39,180 nt of DNA, from assembly GCA_964366905.1 (NCBI GenBank), contig CAYIVQ010000003.1, positions 1 to 39,180 on the forward strand, in the 5' to 3' direction. Position numbers and translations under genes: made by a program. Shown here piece by piece: positions 1 to 7,373 of the stretch; the first letter of the stretch is position 1; the number at the start of each line of letters is the position of its first letter. This DNA is from an uncultured Candidatus Saccharibacteria bacterium. Its GTDB lineage: Bacteria; Patescibacteriota; Minisyncoccia; GWC2-36-17; WO2-46-25. The notes below the pieces were generated by a model. That model did not search any database. It was not told where the DNA came from and saw only the letters and a program-made list of their open reading frames with translations.

Positions 1-309
1 TTTGATTTAAAAACAGTCAAAACATCAAAACCCAAAGCCGTTATTTTACTTTGTCGTTTCCCAGCGGCAGGGAAGCGGCGCATCCTGATGATATAACACC
101 AGCTTCCTCTTATCAGAAATTAGAGGAGCCGATGGCAAGAATTTAAATTAAACTCTTGCGAAAGCAAATGAAGGAGCAAATAGCGAAGCTACCGCTCTTT
201 TTGCTTGTGTAAATAAGTTTGCACTTATCTTTTTACCGCTGTTTTTCGACGAAACGGCAAGTCGGCTTGCATATTTTAAATGTTCTCTCTGTCAAAGCCC
301 AACATCCCC
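1..309 (-). ncRNA. ssrA: tmRNA (SsrA), 3' part cut off by the window edge
   Basis: The minus strand read from 309 starts GGGGATGTTGGGCTTTGACAGAG, which fits the conserved tmRNA 5' end (GGGG..G...GG.TTyGAC). A GCA codon ~88 nt in opens a short frame, ANLFTQAKRAVASLFAPSFAFARV then TAA, a candidate tag. It lies directly downstream of smpB on the same strand. The T-arm and CCA end would lie beyond position 1. Confidence 0.6.
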
Positions 310-351
310 GCTCTTTCTTTAAAGCTTGAAAGTTTTAAAGAAAGAGCGGGG
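306..351 (-). other. Perfect 18-bp stem-loop between the smpB stop and the tmRNA 5' end
   Basis: ccccgctctttctttaaa (306-323) is the exact reverse complement of tttaaagaaagagcgggg (334-351). On the minus strand the 3' arm ends in the GGGG that begins the putative tmRNA. Confidence 0.5.
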
Positions 352-367
352 AAATTTCAAAAAATTT

Positions 368-805
368 CTACAAGTTTCTATGAATTTCTCTTTCCGCTTC
401 TCTCTTTCTGATTAATTCTCTTTTCTCGAATTTCTTTTTTGAACGCGCCAATCCGATCTTCAGTTTTATTTTACGATTTGAAGTATATACGGAAATAGGC
501 GCTAATGTCAAGCCTTTTTGCGATGTTTTGCCCGTGAGTTCGTTGATTTCCTCTTTGCGAAGCAATAGTTTTCTGGTTCTGTCTTGTTGGTACCAGTTTG
601 GCGTGTTTTTAGGCTGATATGGCGGGATAACAGCGTTAACCCAAAATGCTTCGCCGCCTCTTATTATAACAAACGATCCTTTTAAGCTCGCCAGCCCTTT
701 TAATATAGCTTTCACTTCAAAACCATGCAGTTCAATGCCGGCATCGTAAGTTTCCAGTATTTCATAGTCGAAAAGCGCTTTTTTATTGTCTGTAAGAGTT
801 GGCAT
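368..805 (-). CDS. smpB: SsrA-binding protein SmpB
   Basis: 145-aa ORF. The N-terminal KKALFDYEILETYDAGIELHGFEVKA and the basic C-terminal tail are typical of SmpB. It is adjacent to the tmRNA. Confidence 0.9.
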   Translation of the reverse strand: MPTLTDNKKALFDYEILETYDAGIELHGFEVKAILKGLASLKGSFVIIRGGEAFWVNAVIPPYQPKNTPNWYQQDRTRKLLLRKEEINELTGKTSQKGLTLAPISVYTSNRKIKLKIGLARSKKKFEKRELIRKREAEREIHRNL

Positions 806-842
806 GCTTTTATCTTAAATCTTATACCCTTTTTTAACAAAT

Positions 843-873
843 AAAAACCCTGATCAGAGACCAGGGTTTTTTT
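843..873 (-). terminator. Intrinsic terminator downstream of pup (A-tract / stem / T-tract, potentially bidirectional)
   Basis: aaaaaccctg atcagaga ccagggttttttt. CCCTG pairs with CAGGG, flanked by A5 and T7 runs. It lies 25 nt after the pup stop. Confidence 0.55.
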
Positions 874-897
874 GATTCTTCCAAAGAACTGCTATTA

Positions 898-1095
898 TTA
901 TTCTCCCCCCTTTTGCACATAATTTCTCACAAACTCTTCCGCATTTTCTTCAAGCACATCATCTATTTTGTCCAGCACATCATTTATGTCTTTTTTTAGT
1001 TTCTCGCCTTTTTGAACCGTTTCAGGATTTGCTTTTACTTCTTCTCTTTTTTCTTCTTTTTCGTGACTCTTCTTTTGGACTTGCTCTTTTCCCAT
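898..1095 (-). CDS. pup: Prokaryotic ubiquitin-like protein Pup, C-terminal GGE form
   Basis: The C-terminus DVLDKIDDVLEENAEEFVRNYVQKGGE closely matches the Pup signature (IDDVLEENAE.FVR.YVQKGG[QE]), and the N-terminal half is disordered and charged. A strong SD (AAAGGGAGGTG) sits about 4-6 nt before the ATG at 1095; the ORF track starts one codon earlier at a GTG. Confidence 0.88.
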   Translation of the reverse strand: MGKEQVQKKSHEKEEKREEVKANPETVQKGEKLKKDINDVLDKIDDVLEENAEEFVRNYVQKGGE

Positions 1096-1167
1096 CACGC
1101 ACCTCCCTTTAAGGTTTGATTATAGTTTACCATGAAATCAATAAAACACAAGAATACAACGCTTTTT

Positions 1168-1197
1168 TTGACTGCGGCGCCATTTTTCATGTAATAT
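1168..1197 (+). promoter_or_regulatory. Putative sigma70-type promoter of ileS, giving a near-leaderless mRNA
   Basis: TTGACT (1168-1173), an 18-nt spacer, then TAATAT (1192-1197). The ATG at 1206 is 8 nt after the -10 element. Confidence 0.4.
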
Positions 1198-1205
1198 GTG
1201 TTTAT

Positions 1206-4200
1206 ATGGATAACATAGAGAAGGAAATAAAAACGAAATCAAAAATCGCGTTAATGGAGGAAGCGGTTCTTGATTGGTGGGATAAAAACGATGTATTTCA
1301 GAAAAGCTTGGATAAGCGCCGCAAAGGCAAGCCGTTTGTTTTCTACGAAGGCCCGCCCACCGCCAACGGAATGCCGCATCCTGGGCATGTGATGGGGAGG
1401 TGTTTCAAAGATATTTTCTTGCGCTACAAATCCATGCGCGGATATTTTGTGGAGCGTCATGCCGGCTGGGATACGCACGGCTTGCCTGTGGAAATCGAAG
1501 TGGAAAAACAGCTTGGCATCAAGTCAAAGCCGGAAATCGAGAAATTCGGCGTCGCGGAATTTAATCGCCTTTGCAAACAATCTGTTTGGAAATACAAAGA
1601 CGAATGGGAAAAGCTGACAAAGCGGATCGGTTTTTGGCTGGATATGGAGCACCCGTATATTACTTATGAAAATAAATATATTGAAACTCTCTGGTGGGTT
1701 ATAGGGCAAATTTTTAAAAAAGGGCTTTTGGTCCAGGATTATAAAGTCATGCATTATTGCGTTCGTTGCGGTACCGGATTGTCGTCGCACGAAATCGCCC
1801 AAGGCTACAAAGTCGTTCAAGATAAATCTGTTTATGTGAAATTTCGGCTCAAGTCGGAAGCGAATTCGGAGAAAAAGATTTTAAAAAAGATGCGAAGCGG
1901 GTTTAAATTCGATGAGCCAGATATTCATGAAGCGAAAGAATATTTTTTGGTTTGGACCACCACTCCATGGACTCTGCCTGCCAATGTAGCTTTAGCTGTC
2001 AATCCGAAGCTTATTTACGCGCGGGCGCGGAAAGACAAAGAAGTTTTAATTTTAGCTAAAGATTTGCTGAAAGCATTGGGAGACGGATGGGAAGTGATTG
2101 AAGAATTCTCGGGCAAAGAATTGCTCGGCGAAGAATATCACCAGCTTTTTGAATTTTTAAAACCGGAGAAGAAAGCGTTTTTTGTCGCGGCCGGGGACTT
2201 TGTTTCCGCTCAAGACGGCACCGGCATTGTCCATATAGCGCCCGCGTACGGCGAAGACGATATGCAAATCGCGCGTGAATATGATTTGCCGGTTTTGCAT
2301 CCGGTTATGGAAAACGGCCAGTTTGAAGCGGCTATCCCATGGCAAGGCAAATTCGTGAAGAATGCCGATCCGGAAATAACCGAAGATTTGAGAAATCGCG
2401 GGCTGCTTTTTAAAGAAGAAATATATGAGCATGAATATCCGTTTTGCTGGCGATGCGGCACTCCGATTTTGTATTACGCGAGAAAGTCGTGGTTTATAAA
2501 GATGTCAAAGTTAAAGCAAAAAATCATCGCCAATAATAAACAGATAAATTGGGTTCCCGCTCATCTGAAGGAAGGCAGGTTCGGAGAGTGGCTTTTGGAG
2601 TTGAAAGATTGGGCGTTTTCGCGCGACAGGTATTGGGGCACTCCATTGCCGATTTGGCAGTGTGGAAAATGCGGGGATACGCAAGCTGTATCCGGCATTG
2701 CCGAGCTTAGCCGGCTGAGCAGGTTTAAAAACAGATATTTCATCATGCGGCACGGCAGAGCGGTGAGCAATGAAAGAGGCTTTGTCGATCTTTCGCACTC
2801 CGATAATCATGTTACCGAAAGCGGAGCAAAAGACGCGGTGAAATTACTTAAAAATTTTAAAAAGAAATTTTCTGATTTAAAATTTGACTTTATTATTTCT
2901 TCTCCGGTGCTTCGCGCCAGAGAAACCGCTGATATTGCTTCTGATTTTTTCGGCATTGCCAAGTCCGGTATTTTTACCGATCCGGCGCTTAGTGAAATCA
3001 ATGTCGGAATTTTTGACGGTAAATCCATAGAAGAATACCATCGGTATTTTGCCTCGCCGGAAGAAAAATTCTTCAAAGCTCCGCCGGATGGCGAGAATTT
3101 AAATGATGTTAAAAAACGCGTTACGGAGTTTATCAAAAAAGAAGAATCAAAATACACGGGCAAAAATATTTTAATAGTAAGCCACGAATATTCTTTATGG
3201 ATTTTAGAAACCGCGCTTGACGGTTTGGATAATTCGGAAATATTGGAACGCAAGCTGGGAAAGAAAGGCGACTATATAAGCACAGGAGAGATCAGAGAGA
3301 TTATGTCTGGAGAATTGCCTTTGAACGCGGAAGGCGAACTGGATTTGCATAAGCCGTATATAGACAATATTAAAATCGGTTGCAAAAAATGCGGCGCTGA
3401 AATGGACAGAGCTCCGGAAGTAACGGATGTCTGGTTTGATTCCGGGGCGATGCCTCTGGCGCAAACGGGTTTTCCGTTTGCGCAAATCTCAAATCTCAAA
3501 TCTCAAATCTCAAATACATACAGCAATGTGGATTATAAAAAACTTATCAAACAAATTCCGTTTCCGGCTGATTTTATTTGCGAGGGCGTAGATCAGACAA
3601 GGGGATGGTTTTACACTATGCTCGCTGTCTCCACTCTATTGGAAACAGGCGCGCCGTATAAAAATGTGGTTTCAACCGGACATATTCTTGATAAATTAGG
3701 GAAAAAAATGTCCAAGTCAAAGAAAAATTATGTTGATCCGACGGAAATCGCCGATAAGTATGGAATTGACGCGTTGAGATGGTATTTTTTTACCGTTAAT
3801 TCGGTGGGAGAGCCAAAGCGTTTTGACGAGAAAGATGTTTCGGACTCGCAGAGAAAATCAGTGATGCTTTTACTGAATATTTATAATTTTTTTGAATCTT
3901 ACGCCAGCTTTTCAAAAAAAGAAGCGGTTTTGCCGCAACAACAGTCGCTTACTCTGTTAGACGAATGGATTTTATCCAGATTACATGAAACTATCGCCGT
4001 TATGAACATTGCCTTAGATGAGTATGATGCTATGACCGCTTCTAGAAGTTTAGCGTCTTTTTTGGATGATTTTTCAACTTGGTACTTGAGAAGGTCGCGA
4101 AGCAGATTTCAGCACCCTAAAAACAAAGCCGATTTGAACGCGGCATCAGCCGTATTTCAATATGTTTTTGAGAACGCGTTAAAATTAGCCGCCCCTATTA

Positions 4201-4799
4201 TGCCGTTTGTCACGGAACATATCTGGCTGAAGTTTCATAATCAAAGTATACATTTGGAAAATTATCCTCAATCCGGCAAAAAATACATTGATAAAAAGCT
4301 TGGTTATGATATGATAAAAGTTAGAGAAATAGCCGCAATCGCGTTGAAAAAACGCGCTGAAGCGGGTGTAAAAGTCAGACAGCCGTTATCGGAATTACGA
4401 ATCAGGAATGACGAATCAGGAATTAAAAACAAGGAAGATTTGCTGAATATTATAAAAGAAGAGGTGAATGTTAAGAAAGTGTGTTTTGATAAAAAATTAG
4501 AAGATGATGTTTGGCTGGATGCCAATATCACGCCGGAATTAAAAGAAGAAGGCATTATCAGGGATGTTGTCAGAAATATACAGCAATTAAGAAAAGAAGC
4601 TGGATTAACAAGCAAAGATGTCATTTTGATAAAATATTTTGCCGAAGCGGAAGCGGGCAAGACGCTGGCGAAATTTCAAAAACAAATCAGCAAACAAACA
4701 TTAGCAAAGGAAATGATTGCGGTTAAGCGAGATGATTTAACAAAATCAAAGGAGATTGATTTGGAGGGAATAAAAGTCTGGATTCAAATTAACTCTTAG
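1206..4799 (+). CDS. ileS: Isoleucine--tRNA ligase carrying a nested ~205-aa domain insertion
   Basis: Class I motifs are present: PPTANGMPHPGHV (HIGH-type), KMSKS, the CP1 editing region, paired CxxC zinc knuckles (WQCGKCGD and CKKCGAEM) and WFDSG. The start is taken at M31 (1206), because the upstream 30 codons overlap the promoter. Confidence 0.93.
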   Translation: MDNIEKEIKTKSKIALMEEAVLDWWDKNDVFQKSLDKRRKGKPFVFYEGPPTANGMPHPGHVMGRCFKDIFLRYKSMRGYFVERHAGWDTHGLPVEIEVEKQLGIKSKPEIEKFGVAEFNRLCKQSVWKYKDEWEKLTKRIGFWLDMEHPYITYENKYIETLWWVIGQIFKKGLLVQDYKVMHYCVRCGTGLSSHEIAQGYKVVQDKSVYVKFRLKSEANSEKKILKKMRSGFKFDEPDIHEAKEYFLVWTTTPWTLPANVALAVNPKLIYARARKDKEVLILAKDLLKALGDGWEVIEEFSGKELLGEEYHQLFEFLKPEKKAFFVAAGDFVSAQDGTGIVHIAPAYGEDDMQIAREYDLPVLHPVMENGQFEAAIPWQGKFVKNADPEITEDLRNRGLLFKEEIYEHEYPFCWRCGTPILYYARKSWFIKMSKLKQKIIANNKQINWVPAHLKEGRFGEWLLELKDWAFSRDRYWGTPLPIWQCGKCGDTQAVSGIAELSRLSRFKNRYFIMRHGRAVSNERGFVDLSHSDNHVTESGAKDAVKLLKNFKKKFSDLKFDFIISSPVLRARETADIASDFFGIAKSGIFTDPALSEINVGIFDGKSIEEYHRYFASPEEKFFKAPPDGENLNDVKKRVTEFIKKEESKYTGKNILIVSHEYSLWILETALDGLDNSEILERKLGKKGDYISTGEIREIMSGELPLNAEGELDLHKPYIDNIKIGCKKCGAEMDRAPEVTDVWFDSGAMPLAQTGFPFAQISNLKSQISNTYSNVDYKKLIKQIPFPADFICEGVDQTRGWFYTMLAVSTLLETGAPYKNVVSTGHILDKLGKKMSKSKKNYVDPTEIADKYGIDALRWYFFTVNSVGEPKRFDEKDVSDSQRKSVMLLLNIYNFFESYASFSKKEAVLPQQQSLTLLDEWILSRLHETIAVMNIALDEYDAMTASRSLASFLDDFSTWYLRRSRSRFQHPKNKADLNAASAVFQYVFENALKLAAPIMPFVTEHIWLKFHNQSIHLENYPQSGKKYIDKKLGYDMIKVREIAAIALKKRAEAGVKVRQPLSELRIRNDESGIKNKEDLLNIIKEEVNVKKVCFDKKLEDDVWLDANITPELKEEGIIRDVVRNIQQLRKEAGLTSKDVILIKYFAEAEAGKTLAKFQKQISKQTLAKEMIAVKRDDLTKSKEIDLEGIKVWIQINS
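2721..3335 (+). other. Histidine-phosphatase (PGAM/SixA/CobC superfamily) domain inserted between the two zinc-knuckle halves of IleRS
   Basis: YFIMRHGRAVSNE (RHG motif), SSPVLRARETA, LSEINVGIFDG, PPDGENLNDVKKRV and ILIVSHEYSL follow the full motif order of the histidine phosphatase superfamily. The flanking IleRS sequence resumes at LDLHKPYID. Confidence 0.8.
3483..3517 (+). repeat. Heptanucleotide tandem repeat (caaatct x4 plus caaatac) inside the ileS coding sequence
   Basis: Direct reading gives caaatct at 3483, 3490, 3497 and 3504, and caaatac at 3511. It encodes QISNLKSQISNT in a variable linker after WFDSG. Confidence 0.95.
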
Positions 4800-4801
4800 T
4801 T

Positions 4802-5371
4802 ATGTATAGTACCACCGGTATTGTTATCAAAAAACAGAATAAAGGAGAAAACGATCAAGTTTTAACGCTTTTTACCAAAGATTTTGGGAAAGTTGATTTT
4901 TTGTGCCGAGGCATTCGCAAAGGATCCGCGAAGCTCACAGGCCATCTTGGGCTTTTTAATCTCTCTAACATTAATTTTGTTTTAGGCAAGCAATTCAAAG
5001 TCATAACCACCGCGGTGGAAATCGAGAGTTTTATCAAATTAAAGAAAAACAGTTCTAAGATCAGCGCCGCTTCCCATGTAGCGGGGTTAGTGGATCAATA
5101 CACCATTTCCGAAGAAACCGATGGAGATATATTTCATCTTGGCTTAGGAGCGCTGGATTATCTAAATAGAAAAGAAATGAAAGCGCTTGAATTGAAATTT
5201 TTTCTTCGTTATTTTGAGTTTAAGTTTTTGAGTCTGCTTGGATACGAACCGGAAGACAAAACAATAATAAAAGCGTTCACCGACAGCCAAGTTTCGTTGA
5301 CGGAAAATGACCTCAATAAGATAGAGGAAGATTTCAGTAAATATTTCAGGAATATTTACAGTAAAGTATAA
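4802..5371 (+). CDS. recO: DNA repair protein RecO (short form)
   Basis: The N-terminal OB-fold pattern TTGIVIKKQNKGENDQVLTLFTKDFGKVDFLCRGIRK is typical of RecO. Confidence 0.75.
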   Translation: MYSTTGIVIKKQNKGENDQVLTLFTKDFGKVDFLCRGIRKGSAKLTGHLGLFNLSNINFVLGKQFKVITTAVEIESFIKLKKNSSKISAASHVAGLVDQYTISEETDGDIFHLGLGALDYLNRKEMKALELKFFLRYFEFKFLSLLGYEPEDKTIIKAFTDSQVSLTENDLNKIEEDFSKYFRNIYSKV

Positions 5372-5373
5372 TC

Positions 5374-5475
5374 ACCTAACTGATGGGATGATATTTTTTG
5401 TGCGCCTTTATTATATTTGTAGCCAAAGGATCCCACTGCCAACCCGATACAAAAAATATCATCCCGCAGTTAGGT
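5374..5475. repeat. ~100-bp inverted-repeat element (27/28-bp arms, 47-nt centre) between recO and the next gene
   Basis: acctaactgatgggatgatattttttgt (5374-5401) matches the reverse complement of acaaaaaatatcatcccgcagttaggt (5449-5475), apart from one small indel. Confidence 0.8.
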
Positions 5476-5489
5476 TCATTATTATATAA

Positions 5490-7367
5490 ATGAGTAAATT
5501 AGAAGAATTTGAGCGAAAACTATATAAGCGAGGCGAGGCGGAACCGCAAAAACAAGATTCTTTCAAAGCCGGAGAAGAAAGTCTGATAGCGACCAAACAT
5601 GAATGGGAACGCGAGAGAGGCAAAGCAAGCGGTTTATCCGGAAGAGCCAAAAAGATATTGGCAGGCCTGTTTTTTTTGTTTTTAGCCGCTATTTTTCTTA
5701 GCGCCGGAGCATATTATTACTATACCGAACAAAGCGGGTTTAACAAAAACGATGCTGTCGTCAACATAATAGGATCGGATAGATTAGTCGCTGGCGAAGA
5801 AGTTTCTTTTGAAGTTATGTTTAAGAATAACTCCAAATCGATTTTAAGGGATGCGGAAGTTATGCTCGAATGGCCGGAATATTCCGTTCTTTCCGGTGAA
5901 GGCCAAGATTCCGCGCTGATAACTAGATCGGAGCTTGGAATGATTGTCCCTTTTCAAGAGAAGAGCGTCAGTTTCAAGGGCAGGATTTATGGCGCGGTCG
6001 GCGATGAAGCAAAAATAAAAGCAGTATTTCGATATATTCCGGAGAATTTCAATTCTCCATTCGAAGGTAGCAAGGAATTTGATGTGACGGTTGTCGCCAG
6101 TCCTCTAGCTTTGAATATAAACGCGCCTCCTCAGATAGTGGCGGACAAAGAGGTGGATATCAAACTGGAATATCAAAATCAATCGGAAGCTAATTTTCCA
6201 AACAGCAGAATAAAAATCGCTTACCCGAGCGGTTTCAAGTTTATTTCCGCTGATCCGTCGCCGATGTCGGATAATAATATTTGGGATCTTGGCTCCATCA
6301 ATGGCAGAGGCAATGGCGTTATCAGTATAAAAGGAAGTTTTTCCGGCGCTCAAGGGGAGGTTAAATCTTTGCGCGCGGAAATCGGTTCTTTGCAGAATGA
6401 AGAAAAATTCATTTCTTACGCTTCCATAGAAAGCGCCGTTGCCATTGCTTCATCGGCTCTGATGGTATTTCAAACGGCCAACGGCTCCAGGGATTTTACC
6501 GCTAATCCGGGCACGGTTTTGAAATACAATATAAAATACAAAAACACCAGCGATTTCCAGATCCCCAACACGGTGATTTTAGCACAGATAGACCCGGCTC
6601 TTATTGATATCAAAAGCCTGAATATTTCGTGGGGGTCTTTTGATGGCAGAACCAGTTCAATTATATGGAATGAGGTTGGAGTGACTGATTTGGCGATACT
6701 TGATCCGAAAGAAGAGGGGGAAGTTTCTTTTTCCGTTAAACTTAACTCGGTATTTCTCCCGAAAAGTTTTTCCGATAAAAATCTTAAAGTTATTTCTATA
6801 GCCAAAATCACTTCTTCTTCAGCCCCGGAAGGACTAAAAGGACTGCCTATCGGGAACGAAGACACATTGGAAGTTAAAATAAACACGCAGTTTTCTTTCA
6901 CAGAACGCGCTTATTTCAGCGGCGGATTAGTTGAAAACAGCGGACCGTTGCCGCCGAGAGTTGGAGAAAAAACCACATATACCGTCTTTTGGCAGTTAAC
7001 AAATACCACAAATGATGTTGAAGGAGTTGAAGTGACTGCGGTAGTTCCGCCAAACATAGAGTGGACCGGCGTGACATATCCGCAGGACACGGAGATAAGT
7101 TATGATAAAAATTCAGGAGTGATTAAATGGAACGCAGGCAAAGTTATCACCGGCACGGGCATCTTGGTTCCCGCCAAACGTGTTGATTTCCAACTTGCTT
7201 TCACTCCGGGACTTTATCATGTCGGGCAGATGTTTAATCTGATGTCCGGCGCGTCTTTGAAAGGTAAAGACAGCTTTACCGGCATGGATATTCAAAAAGA
7301 AGTCCCGCTTGTAAATTCCGACCTTTTGAGTACACTTACAAAGGAGCAATCAGTAGTAACACAATAA
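5490..7367 (+). CDS. Membrane-anchored hypothetical protein with a large beta-rich extracytoplasmic region (DUF11/CARDB-like repeats suspected)
   Basis: 625-aa ORF with a charged N-terminus, one TM helix (ILAGLFFLFLAAIFLSAGAYYYY) and repetitive beta-strand-like segments. No catalytic motif was recognised. Confidence 0.6.
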   Translation: MSKLEEFERKLYKRGEAEPQKQDSFKAGEESLIATKHEWERERGKASGLSGRAKKILAGLFFLFLAAIFLSAGAYYYYTEQSGFNKNDAVVNIIGSDRLVAGEEVSFEVMFKNNSKSILRDAEVMLEWPEYSVLSGEGQDSALITRSELGMIVPFQEKSVSFKGRIYGAVGDEAKIKAVFRYIPENFNSPFEGSKEFDVTVVASPLALNINAPPQIVADKEVDIKLEYQNQSEANFPNSRIKIAYPSGFKFISADPSPMSDNNIWDLGSINGRGNGVISIKGSFSGAQGEVKSLRAEIGSLQNEEKFISYASIESAVAIASSALMVFQTANGSRDFTANPGTVLKYNIKYKNTSDFQIPNTVILAQIDPALIDIKSLNISWGSFDGRTSSIIWNEVGVTDLAILDPKEEGEVSFSVKLNSVFLPKSFSDKNLKVISIAKITSSSAPEGLKGLPIGNEDTLEVKINTQFSFTERAYFSGGLVENSGPLPPRVGEKTTYTVFWQLTNTTNDVEGVEVTAVVPPNIEWTGVTYPQDTEISYDKNSGVIKWNAGKVITGTGILVPAKRVDFQLAFTPGLYHVGQMFNLMSGASLKGKDSFTGMDIQKEVPLVNSDLLSTLTKEQSVVTQ

Positions 7368-7373
7368 AAAATT

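Noticed and set aside
1116-1205. 30-codon N-terminal extension of ileS in the ORF track (MIIVYHEINKTQEYN...).
   Set aside because: The extension overlaps a good TTGACT / 18 nt / TAATAT promoter and has no IleRS homology. IleRS-like sequence starts after M31 (1206).
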